NCBI GenBank assembly: GCA_963695095.1
Contig: CAVOFT010000001.1
Span: 1,984,001 to 2,048,000 of the forward strand
Direction of reading: 5' to 3'
DNA from: an uncultured bacterium
Lineage (GTDB): Bacteria; Krumholzibacteriota; Krumholzibacteriia; JACNKJ01
DNA: 64,000 bases
Part shown: positions 29,499 through 39,175 of the stretch, one piece after another
How positions within the stretch are numbered: position 1 is the stretch's first letter
How the letters are laid out: the number at the start of each line of letters is the position of its first letter
Made by a program: the position numbers and the translations under genes
Notes under the pieces: generated by a model
Database searches by the model: none
What the model was told of the DNA's origin: nothing
The model's input: the letters and a program-made list of their open reading frames with translations, nothing else

Positions 29499-30496
29499 AG
29501 GCTCTCGCGCTCCGCGTGCAGGTCCCGCAGCCTTGCAGACACCTCGGCGGGCGTCAAGCCGTTCATGCAGGGGTGTCCCGCGAGGGGACAGCGCGTCAGT
29601 CCGCAGGGGCTGCAGGGCAGTTCGCGGCGCAAGATGGGGTGCGCGGGCGCTGCCACGGACCAGATCGCCGGATCGCTGGGCCCGAAGAGCGCCAGGCTCG
29701 GCGTACCCAGAGCGACGGCGATGTGGCGGGCCCCCGAATCGCCGCTGAGCAGGAGGTCCGCGTGGCGCAGGGCCGCCACCAGCCCGGGGACATCCGTCGC
29801 CGGCAGCAGCGCGGCGCCGCTGGCCGCCGCGATCTCGGCGAGCAGCGTCTGCTCGCTCGGCGCTCCCAGCAGGACGACACGCCAGCCCGCCGCGCGCCGA
29901 TCGCGGATCAGCTCGGCGTAGTGGCCCGCCGGCCACTGCTTCGCCGGCCAGGTCGCCCCCGGCGCAACCAGCAGACAGGGGCCATCGCCGGCAGGGAGCG
30001 GATTCCGCTCGCCGGCCGGAGCGGGCGGCAGGCGCAGGCTCAGGTCGCCAGGCGCGATGCCGAGGCTCTCCACCAGCCGGAAGTGATTGATCGGCGCATA
30101 GGGCCGGCCCCGCTCCGTCGGCCAGCCGCGGTCCACCTTCTCGGTGTAGAAGTAGTGGCGGTGGCGCACGCGATAGCCATGGCGCCGCGGCGCGCCGCTG
30201 GCCCAGGTGAAGAGCGCGGAAGTGCTGCTGCCCTGCAGATCGAGCACCAGATCGTAGCGCTCGCCGCGCAGGCGATGCGCCCAGCGCAAGTCGCTCAGCC
30301 ACCGCGGTCGGGCCCGGCGCGGATAGGCGAGCAGGCGGTCGCAGTCCGCGCTGCCGGCGAGCAATGGCGCGAGTTCCCTGTCCACCAGGTAGTCGATGCG
30401 GGCTGCCGGGTAGTGGCGCCGCAGCGCGGCGAGCAGAGGGGTGGCCAGCAACACGTCGCCCAGGGCCCGAAAACGCATCACGAGAATGCGCTTCAC
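29495..30496 (-). CDS. Glycosyltransferase family 9 (heptosyltransferase-like)
   Basis: ALGDVLLATP, PGATWPAKQWP, DSGARHIA, LFGPSDP. Confidence 0.9.
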   Translation of the reverse strand: MKRILVMRFRALGDVLLATPLLAALRRHYPAARIDYLVDRELAPLLAGSADCDRLLAYPRRARPRWLSDLRWAHRLRGERYDLVLDLQGSSTSALFTWASGAPRRHGYRVRHRHYFYTEKVDRGWPTERGRPYAPINHFRLVESLGIAPGDLSLRLPPAPAGERNPLPAGDGPCLLVAPGATWPAKQWPAGHYAELIRDRRAAGWRVVLLGAPSEQTLLAEIAAASGAALLPATDVPGLVAALRHADLLLSGDSGARHIAVALGTPSLALFGPSDPAIWSVAAPAHPILRRELPCSPCGLTRCPLAGHPCMNGLTPAEVSARLRDLHAERESL

Positions 30497-31521
30497 GTGC
30501 GCTCCAGGAGCGCCGCCAGGCTGGCGAAGGCCTGCTCGGGACTGATATCCGCGAGGCAGAAGGGATCCGGGCAATGGTCCCTGTGGCAAGGGCGACAGGG
30601 CGCGGCGAGGGCGAGCAGTTCCGCGTGCGGGCTCTCGTCATAGGGGAACCAGATGGCCGGATCCGTGGGGCCGAACAGAGCCAGGGTGGGCAGTCCGAGC
30701 GCGATCGCCAGGTGCATGATGCCGCCGTCGCCCGTCACCAGGGCGCGACAGGCTGCGAGCAGGCCCATCAGCGGACGCAGCTCCAGCTCCGGCAGGATGA
30801 CGACCTGCGAATTGCTCAGGGCGCGGATGCGCTCCAGGCGCGCGCGCTTGCCCGGCTGCCCCAGGAAGACGGGTCGGCAGCGCCCGTCCATGCGCAGCAG
30901 CGCGGCAAGGCGCACGAAGTAGTCCTCGGGCCACTCCTTGGCCGGCTGACTGGCGCCCGTGAGAATGGCGACCGTGCCCTTGCCCAGCCCGCGATCCTCG
31001 AGCATGCGGCGGCCGGCCGCCAGCTCGGCGGGCGCCACGCTGAGCCGAGGCGGGCTGAGCGCCTGGGGCCCCGCGATCGCCTCGACGAAGCGCAGGTGAT
31101 GCCGCGGCGCCGAGTCGCCCGGCTCGCCACCCGGCGGGCGCAGCGTGTAGAGCAGCGAGCGCGGAAAGCGCCCCCGCCCCACCCGCGTCGGCGCCTGGCT
31201 GAGGGCGCTGATCCAGGCGCTGCGCGGATTGCCGAACAGGTCGATGACGAGGTCGTAGCGTCCGCGCAGGCGCGGCAGCAGGCTCCAGACGCTCTCGCCG
31301 AGTTCGTCATCGCCGCGGCGCAGCGCGTGCACGGCCCGCAGCTCGGGCGTGCGCGCGAGCACCTCGTGGTAGGGCGCCTCGCAGAGGTAGTCGATGGCCG
31401 CGCCCGGGAAGGCCCGCCTGAGGGCCGCCAGCACGGGCAGGGTGAGGATCACATCCCCCAGGAAGCGCAGCCGCGTGACGAGGATCGCGCTGGGCTCGCC
31501 CTTGCCGAATCGGGTCTTCAC
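30493..31521 (-). CDS. Glycosyltransferase family 9
   Basis: FLGDVILTLP, AKEWP, DGGIMHLA, LFGPTDP. Confidence 0.9.
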   Translation of the reverse strand: MKTRFGKGEPSAILVTRLRFLGDVILTLPVLAALRRAFPGAAIDYLCEAPYHEVLARTPELRAVHALRRGDDELGESVWSLLPRLRGRYDLVIDLFGNPRSAWISALSQAPTRVGRGRFPRSLLYTLRPPGGEPGDSAPRHHLRFVEAIAGPQALSPPRLSVAPAELAAGRRMLEDRGLGKGTVAILTGASQPAKEWPEDYFVRLAALLRMDGRCRPVFLGQPGKRARLERIRALSNSQVVILPELELRPLMGLLAACRALVTGDGGIMHLAIALGLPTLALFGPTDPAIWFPYDESPHAELLALAAPCRPCHRDHCPDPFCLADISPEQAFASLAALLERT

Positions 31522-32090
31522 CGGCCCTGTTCCTCCTCGGCGATGTGGGTCGCAGCGGCCAGCAGATCCCCGCAGACTTGCGCGCCGGCGCCGCCGCCGG
31601 CGGCCTGTGTGGCCATGCCCTGCCCGCTGAGCACCAGCACGGGCTTGAGCCCGGCCGCCGTGGCGAGAGCGATATCCTCCGCCTTGTCGCCGATCATCCA
31701 GCTGCCGGCCAGCTCGAGGTCCAGATCGCGCGCCGCGCGCCGCAGCAGGCCCGGCTTGGGCTTGCGACAATCGCAATCCTGTCGGTAAGCGGCCACGCTG
31801 CCCTGCGGATGGTGCGGGCAATAGTAGGCGCCATCCAGGCCGAGTCCGGCTGCAGCCAGCAGGGCGGCCAGGCGGGCTTGCACGGCGGCGAGTTCCGGCT
31901 CCCCGAAGCGGCCGCGGGCGATGCCCGATTGGTTGCTGACGAGCACGAGCGCCAGGTCCAGCTCGCGCAGGCGGCGCAAGGCGGGCAGGGTCCAGGCGAA
32001 GAGCGCTACCCCCGCCGGATCGCCGAGGTAGTGGCGCTCCTCGATGAGCGTGCCGTCCCGATCCATGAACACGGCCCGGCGCTTGGTCAT
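31518..32090 (-). CDS. gmhB: D-glycero-D-manno-heptose 1,7-bisphosphate phosphatase
   Basis: DRDGTL, SNQSGIARG, CPHHP, CDCRKP, MIGDK. Confidence 0.93.
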   Translation of the reverse strand: MTKRRAVFMDRDGTLIEERHYLGDPAGVALFAWTLPALRRLRELDLALVLVSNQSGIARGRFGEPELAAVQARLAALLAAAGLGLDGAYYCPHHPQGSVAAYRQDCDCRKPKPGLLRRAARDLDLELAGSWMIGDKAEDIALATAAGLKPVLVLSGQGMATQAAGGGAGAQVCGDLLAAATHIAEEEQGR

Positions 32091-33136
32091 GCTGCCTCCG
32101 GCGCCAGCCAGTCGGCGATGGCGGCCCGCACCGCCGCTGCGCGGATGGCCTCCCCGCAGATCCGGGCGGGCAGCGGGCAGCTCCGCGCGAAGCAGGGCCG
32201 GCAGTCCACCGCCGCTGCCAGCCAGCGCGCGGCCGCGCCGCGCGGGGCGGTCCACTCCGGCGCCGTCGACTGGAAGAGCCCGAGCACGCGGCCCCCCACC
32301 GCCGCCGCCAGGTGCATGGGCCCGGTATCGTTGCTCACCGTGCAGCGCGCAAGGCCCAGCAGGGCTGCCAGCTCGTCGAGCGCCAGGGCGCCGCAGAGGT
32401 CGACGACCTGCCGGCCCCGCCCCGCGAGGGCGGCGGCCAGCTGCGCGCAGAGCGCGCGCTCCGCCGGCACGCCGGCGATCAGCAGCGCGAAGTCCGGCGG
32501 CAGCAGCGGGCCCAGCGCGGCGAAGCCCGGCCAGCGCTTGGCGGGACCGAAGGTCGCACCCGGCACGAGGACGATGCTGCGGCCCGCCTCCACGCCCGCC
32601 ACCGCCAGGCGCGCCTCGACCCGGGCCGCGGCGGCCGGCGCCACGCGCAGCTGCGGCTGCCAGTGGGGAACGGGCTCGGCCATGAAGGGCGTGAGCAGCC
32701 CGGCTCGCGCCTCGATCCAGTGCCGGCGCCGATCCACGGGCCCGGGCAGGCGATGGCTGAGCAGGAGATCCCGGCCCTGCCCGCGAAAGCCGATGCGGGC
32801 CGGCACGCCCGCGGCCCGCGCCGCCAGGGCTGCGCTGAAGCTGTCGGGTACGAGCCACAGGGCGCGCGGGCGCCGCGCGCCCTGGTCGAGCTCCGCCCGC
32901 AAACGCCCCAGCCCCGCCAGTCCGCGATGACGACCGTGGGGATCGTAATCGACGATCTCGGCCACCTGCGGCTGGCCGGCGAAGAGCGCGCGCTGGGTTG
33001 GGCGGCACCAGAGCTGGACCGGGCCGCCGCTGAGCGCGGCCAGGGGCGCCAGCAGGGCGCTGGCCATGACGGCATCTCCCAGCCAGGCTGGCATCATGAG
33101 GGCGGCGGCAAAGGGCGGCTCAGGAAGCCTGCGCAT
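32087..33136 (-). CDS. waaF: LPS heptosyltransferase II (GT9)
   Basis: PAWLGDAVMA, PDSFSAA, PGATFGPAKRWP, NDTGPMHLAAA. Confidence 0.82.
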   Translation of the reverse strand: MRRLPEPPFAAALMMPAWLGDAVMASALLAPLAALSGGPVQLWCRPTQRALFAGQPQVAEIVDYDPHGRHRGLAGLGRLRAELDQGARRPRALWLVPDSFSAALAARAAGVPARIGFRGQGRDLLLSHRLPGPVDRRRHWIEARAGLLTPFMAEPVPHWQPQLRVAPAAAARVEARLAVAGVEAGRSIVLVPGATFGPAKRWPGFAALGPLLPPDFALLIAGVPAERALCAQLAAALAGRGRQVVDLCGALALDELAALLGLARCTVSNDTGPMHLAAAVGGRVLGLFQSTAPEWTAPRGAAARWLAAAVDCRPCFARSCPLPARICGEAIRAAAVRAAIADWLAPEAA

Positions 33137-34202
33137 GGAGGATGCCCTCCACCGCGGCGTCGATCTCGCGCAGGGACATCTGCTCCCCCGGCCGTCCACG
33201 CAGGATCGCCGCTGCCGGGCGAAGCCGCGGCTCCCAGGCCGTGCCGTCCGCCTCCGTGAAGAGCCCCAGGGCGGGCACGCCCGCCGCCACGGCGACGTGG
33301 AACAGCTCGCTGTTGCCGGCCACGCAGAGATCGCAGCGGGCGAGCAGGGCCAGCCGCTCGCGCAGGCCCTGCGGCGGCATATCGAGGGCTTCCGCCCGCA
33401 GCGCGCGCCGGAAGGCAGCCGCGGCCGCGGCGTCCTCATCCAGGTGCAACAGCAGGACGCGCGCCCTGAGCTTTTCGGCGAGATGCCCGACGAGGTAGGC
33501 GAGATTGCCGCTGGCCAGGCGCCGCTCGCCCAGTCCCGGCCCCGGGTCGACGGCGATGAGGAGCTGGTCGCGCACCGGTTTGCGAAAATGGATGAGCTGG
33601 TCGGCTGCGCGCAGCTCATCGGGCCGCAGCGTGAAGCCCCAGCCGCCGGCCTCGCCGCCGACGCCGAAGAGCCGGGCCAGCTCCTGGGCCTGCTCGAGCC
33701 GGTAGCGATTCTGGCCTCGCCAGCGCAGCATGCAGTTGAGCAGCTGCTCGCGCTCTTCCTGGTAGATGCCGATGCGCAGGGAGGCCTGGGAGGCATAGGC
33801 CACCAGATCACGCGGTCCGTCGGCCTCCTCGCCGGTGAGGAGCACTGCATCGAAGCCGCGCCTCTGGACTTCGCGCAGGAGGCGGTAGTAGCTGGTGCCG
33901 TGGGGCTTGAGCTGGTCCGCGCGATAGACGATGAGGCCAGCCAGCCAGGCTTCGCGGCGCAGGAGATCGGCGCGGCGCTCGTCGACCATCACCTGGATGC
34001 CGAGCTCCGGCCAGCGCTCGGCCAGGCGCGCCAGGAGCGGCAGGAAGGCGACGAGGTCGCACAGACGGCTCGAGTCCACGCAGAGCAAGCGGCGCATTTC
34101 GCCCAGGCCGCCGCCCAGATGAAATTCGCGGTCCAGCGGCGCCATGCCCAGGCTGCGCAGCGCCAGCCGGGCGAAGGGGTTGCTGAGTATCGAGGCCTTC
34201 AT
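33120..34202 (-). CDS. Divergent GT9-like protein
   Basis: GT9 layout (RLCDLVAFLP; GNSELFHVAVAAGVP) with altered signature motifs. Confidence 0.7.
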   Translation of the reverse strand: MKASILSNPFARLALRSLGMAPLDREFHLGGGLGEMRRLLCVDSSRLCDLVAFLPLLARLAERWPELGIQVMVDERRADLLRREAWLAGLIVYRADQLKPHGTSYYRLLREVQRRGFDAVLLTGEEADGPRDLVAYASQASLRIGIYQEEREQLLNCMLRWRGQNRYRLEQAQELARLFGVGGEAGGWGFTLRPDELRAADQLIHFRKPVRDQLLIAVDPGPGLGERRLASGNLAYLVGHLAEKLRARVLLLHLDEDAAAAAAFRRALRAEALDMPPQGLRERLALLARCDLCVAGNSELFHVAVAAGVPALGLFTEADGTAWEPRLRPAAAILRGRPGEQMSLREIDAAVEGILHAQAS

Positions 34203-34228
34203 GCCTCTCCCTGCCCTGGCACGCGGGC

Positions 34229-35245
34229 TCAGCGCCCGCCGTAGAGGCGTTCGTAGTAGGCGCGGTATTCCCCGCTCACGATGCGCTGCCACCAGTCCCG
34301 GTTCGCCGCGTACCAGGCGATGGTCTCGGCGATGCCCGCAGCGAAGTCCACCTGCGGCGCCCAGCCCAGCTCCTGGCGAATGCGCATGGCATCGATGGCA
34401 TAGCGACGGTCGTGGCCCGGCCGATCGGCGACGAACTCGATGAGTTCCTCCCCCTTGCCGAGCGCGCGCAGGATCAACCGCACGATCTCGATATTGGCGA
34501 CCTCGTTGTCGCCACCGATGTTGTAGACCCGCCCCGGGCGGCCCCGCTCCAGGACGGCCAGCACCGCCCGGCAATGATCGCTGACGTGCAACCAGTCGCG
34601 GATGTGCTGCCCGTCGCCGTACACCGGCAGGCGCAGCTGCTGCGTGGCGCGCTGGATCATCAGCGGAATCAGCTTCTCGGGAAACTGATACGGGCCATAG
34701 TTGTTGCTGCAGCGCGTGATCAGCACGGGCAGCCCGAAGGTGCGCCAGTAGGCCTGCGCGATCAGATCCGCTGCCGCCTTGCTGGCCGAGTAGGGACTGG
34801 AAGGATCCAGCGGGGTCGTCTCCGTGAAGCGGCCCGTCGGACCGAGGGAGCCGTAGACCTCGTCGGTGGAGACGATCACGAAACGTCCGGACTTGCCTGC
34901 CCAGGCCCGCCTCGCCGCGTCAAGCAGCACCTGCGTGCCGCGCACGTTGGTCTCGATGAAGATGCCGGGGCCCAGAATGCTGCGGTCCACGTGGCTCTCG
35001 GCCGCGAAATGCACGACGGCCTCGATGGGGTGCTCCGCGAACAGTCCGGCGACGAGCGGCGCGTCGGCGATGCTCCCGCGCACGAAATGCAGGCCGGCGT
35101 CCTCGGCCAGCGCGCTCAGGTTCTCCAGATTGCCCGCGTAGGTGAGCGCATCCAGGTTGAGGATGGGCAGCTGCGGGCGCTCGGCGCGCATCATGTGGAT
35201 GAAGTTGCTGCCGATGAAACCGCAGCCGCCGGTGACGAGGAGCAT
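34229..35245 (-). CDS. rmlB: dTDP-glucose 4,6-dehydratase
   Basis: TGGCGFIGSNF, AAESHVDRSI, STDEVYG, YSASK, DRPGHDRRY. Confidence 0.97.
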   Translation of the reverse strand: MLLVTGGCGFIGSNFIHMMRAERPQLPILNLDALTYAGNLENLSALAEDAGLHFVRGSIADAPLVAGLFAEHPIEAVVHFAAESHVDRSILGPGIFIETNVRGTQVLLDAARRAWAGKSGRFVIVSTDEVYGSLGPTGRFTETTPLDPSSPYSASKAAADLIAQAYWRTFGLPVLITRCSNNYGPYQFPEKLIPLMIQRATQQLRLPVYGDGQHIRDWLHVSDHCRAVLAVLERGRPGRVYNIGGDNEVANIEIVRLILRALGKGEELIEFVADRPGHDRRYAIDAMRIRQELGWAPQVDFAAGIAETIAWYAANRDWWQRIVSGEYRAYYERLYGGR

Positions 35246-35248
35246 GCC

Positions 35249-35980
35249 TCAGTCCTCCCCGCCGCGAGTGCCCTCGGGCTCGACCAGCTCCTGGGCCCGG
35301 CGCAGCGAGGCGAAGGTGCCGGCGTCGGTCCACCAGCCGGCGAGCAGCTCGTAGTGCAGCCTGCCTTCGCGCAGGTAGGCATTGTTGACGTCGGTGATCT
35401 CGAGCTCACCGCGACCCGAGGGACGCAGGCCGCGGATCAGCTCGAAAACGCGGCCGTCGTAGATGTAGATGCCGCAGACCGCCAGGCGGCTCTTCGGGGC
35501 CCGCGGCTTCTCCTCGATGCCGACGATCCGGTCCCCGGCGAGTTCGGCGACACCGAAGCGCTGGGGATGCTCGACGGCCTTGAGGAAGAGGCGGGCGCCG
35601 CCCCCCTGGCCGGCAAAGGCGGCCACCCCGGGCGCGATCGAGTCCTCGAAGACATTGTCCCCGAGAATCACCGTCATCGCTTCGCCGTGGCAGAAATTCT
35701 CGGCCAGGCCCAGGGCCTGGGCGATGCCGCCAGCCTCATCCTGGACGCGATAGGTGATGTGACAGGCGAACTCGCGCCCGCTGCCCAGGAGCCCGACGAC
35801 ATCGCCCATGTGCTCGGTGCCCGTCACGACCAGAATTTCCTGGATGCCGGCCTCCACCAGCTTCCGCAGCGGGTGGAAGATCATGGGCACGCGGCCCACA
35901 GGCAGCAGGTGCTTGTTGGTGACTTTGGTGAGCGGAAAGAGCCGGCTGCCCGTGCCGCCGGCCAGAATGATGCCCTTCAT
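35249..35980 (-). CDS. rmlA: Glucose-1-phosphate thymidylyltransferase (short RmlA/SpsI type)
   Basis: MKGIILAGGTGSRLFPLT, NKHLLP, GDN, EEKP, RGELEITD, WTDAGT. Confidence 0.92.
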   Translation of the reverse strand: MKGIILAGGTGSRLFPLTKVTNKHLLPVGRVPMIFHPLRKLVEAGIQEILVVTGTEHMGDVVGLLGSGREFACHITYRVQDEAGGIAQALGLAENFCHGEAMTVILGDNVFEDSIAPGVAAFAGQGGGARLFLKAVEHPQRFGVAELAGDRIVGIEEKPRAPKSRLAVCGIYIYDGRVFELIRGLRPSGRGELEITDVNNAYLREGRLHYELLAGWWTDAGTFASLRRAQELVEPEGTRGGED

Positions 35981-36107
35981 CGCTGCTCCTGGTGCAGGAG
36001 AGGCCGCCTGGTTCCGCACAGCCTAGCGGCAGCCCGGCAGACCGGCAACAGGAATTCTCCCTTGTTTCCGCGCTGGCGAGCGGCCACTCTTGCCCAGCGG
36101 AGGCGCG

Positions 36108-36992
36108 ATGGCGACGATCCTTGTGGGCACGGCCGGCTGGAGCTACGACGATTGGCGCGGCCGCGTCTATCCCGCGCGCGCCGGCGCCGGCTTCGATCCC
36201 CTGCGCCTGCTCGCGGCCCACTTCGACCTGGTCGAGATCAACGTCACCTTCTATCGACTGCCCCGCCCCGATGTGGTGGCGGGCTGGCTGCGCCGGGTCG
36301 AGGACCAGCCGCGATTCCAGTTTCTCCTCAAGGCGCCGCGCGATTGGACCCACACCCGTCCGGACGAGGCACCCGCCGCAGCAGCGCCCTTCGCCGCACT
36401 GGCCCGCGCGCTGGCGGCCGAGGGCCGCCTCGGCGCTGTTCTGCTGCAGTTCCCCTGGTCTTTGCGCGATGGGCCCGCGGCGCGCGGGCGCATCGCCGCC
36501 CTGCGCGAGCGCCTGCCGGAACTGTCCGTGGCGGTGGAGGTGCGCCATGGCAGCTTCGCCGGCGGCGACTGGCCGCGCTGGCTCCGCGCGCAGGAGTGCC
36601 TGCCCGTCAATGTGGACCAACCTGCCCTGCCCGATTGCCTGCCCCTCGCCGCCGACTGCGGCCGGCAGTCGAGCTACTTCCGCCTGCACGGTCGCAACGC
36701 CGCCAACTGGTTCGCCGCTGCCGGGCGCGATGCGCGCTACGACTACCTCTATGCCCCGGCCGAGCTGGCGGGCATCGCCGCCCGCATCGAAGCGGCGGCG
36801 CAGCGCGTGCCGCTCCTGTTCATCGTCGCCAACAATCACTTCCGGGGGCAGGCCGCGGTGAATGCGCTGCAGCTGCGCGCGCGCCTGCTGGGGCGGTCCG
36901 TACCCGTCCCGCCCCAGCTCCTCGCCAGCTATCCTGAATTGGCGGCCGTGGCGGCCCAGGCGCTCCCACGCGCGCAGGGCGAGCTGTTCTAG
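36108..36992 (+). CDS. DUF72 (YecE/YunF) family protein
   Basis: GTAGWSYDDW, VEINVTFYR, LQFP, EVRHGS, YFRLHGRN, RYDYLY, NNHFRG. Confidence 0.92.
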   Translation: MATILVGTAGWSYDDWRGRVYPARAGAGFDPLRLLAAHFDLVEINVTFYRLPRPDVVAGWLRRVEDQPRFQFLLKAPRDWTHTRPDEAPAAAAPFAALARALAAEGRLGAVLLQFPWSLRDGPAARGRIAALRERLPELSVAVEVRHGSFAGGDWPRWLRAQECLPVNVDQPALPDCLPLAADCGRQSSYFRLHGRNAANWFAAAGRDARYDYLYAPAELAGIAARIEAAAQRVPLLFIVANNHFRGQAAVNALQLRARLLGRSVPVPPQLLASYPELAAVAAQALPRAQGELF

Positions 36993-37642
36993 GGCCGGCG
37001 GCCGAAGTCCGTCGCCGGGGGCGGCGATTGCAGGGCTTCCCAGACCGGCGCGACACCTTCCGCTGTGGGCGGCAGGCTCCTCGTCAGCGCGAGGTCGATG
37101 GGCGGCCACTGCCAGACGAGGGCGACCGTCGGCGCTCCGCTCTCGTTCTCCAGCGCGTAGGCCGTGCCGGCCGGGATCTGCAGCAGCTCTCCCGGTCCGT
37201 AGGCCGACTCCCCGGTTTCGCGCAGAAACCGCCCGCGGCCGCGCCAGACGTAGATCCACAGCGTGCTCGCCGGATAGACGTGCGGCGCCTCGGCGGCCCG
37301 CAGCTGGTAGAGGTCGACAGCGAGCAGCGAATCGACGGCGAGCAGATTCACCCAGCGGGCGGGCTCCTCGTCGCGCAGCTGGTGCTGCGCGAGAGCCTCC
37401 TGCAGGCGCAGTTGCTCCACCGCGAGGCCGGGCGACAGGAACTCCCTGTCGGCGAGGCCGGAGCCTGCGACCGGTGCCCGGTCTTCGCTGTCCAGGAAAC
37501 TGCCGCCGCCCAGGCGCGGCCGCGTGCGCAGGCTATCCCGCCAGGCGCCCTCCGCCGCGGGCTGGGCGCGCCCCGCCGCCGGCAGCGCGGCCAGCAGGCA
37601 ACTGAAGACGAAAGCGCCGAGCAGGATGGGGGCAGCGCGCAT
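36989..37642 (-). CDS. Exported cupin-domain protein
   Basis: Signal peptide; cupin barrel pattern YVWRGRG...GELLQIPAG...EN. Confidence 0.7.
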   Translation of the reverse strand: MRAAPILLGAFVFSCLLAALPAAGRAQPAAEGAWRDSLRTRPRLGGGSFLDSEDRAPVAGSGLADREFLSPGLAVEQLRLQEALAQHQLRDEEPARWVNLLAVDSLLAVDLYQLRAAEAPHVYPASTLWIYVWRGRGRFLRETGESAYGPGELLQIPAGTAYALENESGAPTVALVWQWPPIDLALTRSLPPTAEGVAPVWEALQSPPPATDFGRRP

Positions 37643-37667
37643 GCTTCTCCTCCGATTCAGGGGCGGC

Positions 37668-38762
37668 TCACAGGTGATCGCCGCGCCCGTTCGTGTAGGC
37701 GTGCCGCGGCGGCACGCCGAGCGCCTCGAGTTCCTCGACCACCTGCCGCATCAGCGCGGCCTTGCGCCGGTACGGCAGGAAGGCGCTCTTGAAGCCGTTC
37801 AGGATGAGCTCGTGGATATTGCTCACGTTCAAACCGAAGCCGCGCACCGCGCGTTCGAACTCCTGGGTGACGCAGGTGTCCGAGATCAGGCGGTTATCGG
37901 TGTTCAAGGTGACGCGCAGGCCAAGGTCCAGGTACTTGCGGAAGGGATGATCGCTGAGCGAGGACACCGCTCCCGTGTGCACGTTGCTCGTCAGGCACAT
38001 CTCGAGCGGGATGCGGTGGTCGTTGACGTAGTTCATCAGCTCCTGGTTCTCGAAGAGCCGGGTGCCGTGGCCGATGCGATGGGTGCCGCAGTAGTGCAGG
38101 GCCTGGGCGATGCTCTCCGGGCCGAAGGCCTCGCCCGCGTGCAACGTGGAGTTGAGATTGTGATTCAGGATGAAGTAGAAGGCCTCGCGGTGCTGCTTGG
38201 CGGGGTAGTCCTTCTCTTCCCCGGCGAGATCGAAGGCCACGACTCCCATGTCCTTGTAGAGCAGGGTGGCCTGGGCGAGTTCGAGCGAGCGCTCGGGCGT
38301 CATCGAGCGGATGCCGCAGAGGATCTGTCCCGTGAGGATGCCGGTCTCCGCCTCCGCCCGCCCCAGCCCGCGCGCCACGGCCTCGATGATCTCGCGGTTG
38401 TGCAGGCCCTGCTCGCGGTGGAGCAAGGGGCTGTAGCGCACCTCGATCAGGCGCACGTTTTCGGCGGCGGCGTCCAGGGCCAGCTCGTAGGCGATGCGCT
38501 CCAGGGCGGGCGCCGTCTGCATGGCCGGCAGCGTGTACATGAAGGCACGCAGGTAGTGCGAGAGGCTGCGCTCCTCGCTCTGCACCTGGGTGAGCGCGCG
38601 CACCTCGGCCTCGTTCGCGGCCGGCAGATCCAGGCCCTGCTCCCCCGCCAGCTCGAGCAGGGTCTGCGGGCGCAGCGAGCCGTCCAGGTGCACGTGGAGG
38701 TCGGTCTTGGGCAGGCGCGCCAGCCAGTCGCGATCGATCATCGGGGATTGCCTTTCCGCCAT
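37668..38762 (-). CDS. add: Adenosine deaminase
   Basis: LPKTDLHVHLDGS, FDLAG, HAGE, RIGHG, EMCLTSN, NTDN. Confidence 0.95.
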   Translation of the reverse strand: MAERQSPMIDRDWLARLPKTDLHVHLDGSLRPQTLLELAGEQGLDLPAANEAEVRALTQVQSEERSLSHYLRAFMYTLPAMQTAPALERIAYELALDAAAENVRLIEVRYSPLLHREQGLHNREIIEAVARGLGRAEAETGILTGQILCGIRSMTPERSLELAQATLLYKDMGVVAFDLAGEEKDYPAKQHREAFYFILNHNLNSTLHAGEAFGPESIAQALHYCGTHRIGHGTRLFENQELMNYVNDHRIPLEMCLTSNVHTGAVSSLSDHPFRKYLDLGLRVTLNTDNRLISDTCVTQEFERAVRGFGLNVSNIHELILNGFKSAFLPYRRKAALMRQVVEELEALGVPPRHAYTNGRGDHL

Positions 38763-38769
38763 CCGGTTC

Positions 38770-39108
38770 TCAAGAACGGACGCCGCCCTGGAAGTACCGC
38801 ACCTCGAAGATCTCAGCATAGGGCGCCCCGCCCATGAATTCCTCGATGGTATCCTCGTCCTGCTGGAAGAGGACACCGCGCTCGATCAGCTCGTAGACCA
38901 TGTTGCCGAAATCGCGGCTGCTGGCGATGCCCCACTCGCGAAAGACCATGGCCGCCAGCGGCCCGTAGCGCTCGGCGCCGAGCCGGGCGATGCCGTCCAG
39001 GAGTTCGACGCCGCTGACGTGCCCCGAGCGCACGAGCTCCTGCCGGACATCCGCCAGGGCTTCCAGCAAGAAGGCATAGGCGGGCTCGGCGTAGGCTCTT
39101 TCCTCCAC
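38770..39108 (-). CDS. Minf_1886-family small conserved protein
   Basis: AYAFLLEAL, HVSGVELL, YGPLAAMVFREWGI, DFGNMVYELI, EDTIEEF. Confidence 0.8.
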   Translation of the reverse strand: MEERAYAEPAYAFLLEALADVRQELVRSGHVSGVELLDGIARLGAERYGPLAAMVFREWGIASSRDFGNMVYELIERGVLFQQDEDTIEEFMGGAPYAEIFEVRYFQGGVRS

Positions 39109-39175
39109 TCCTGCCTCCTCGGCCCGCGCGACCCGGCGAGCGTGGTCGATAACAAAGCGCAGCTTTCCGCGCCTG

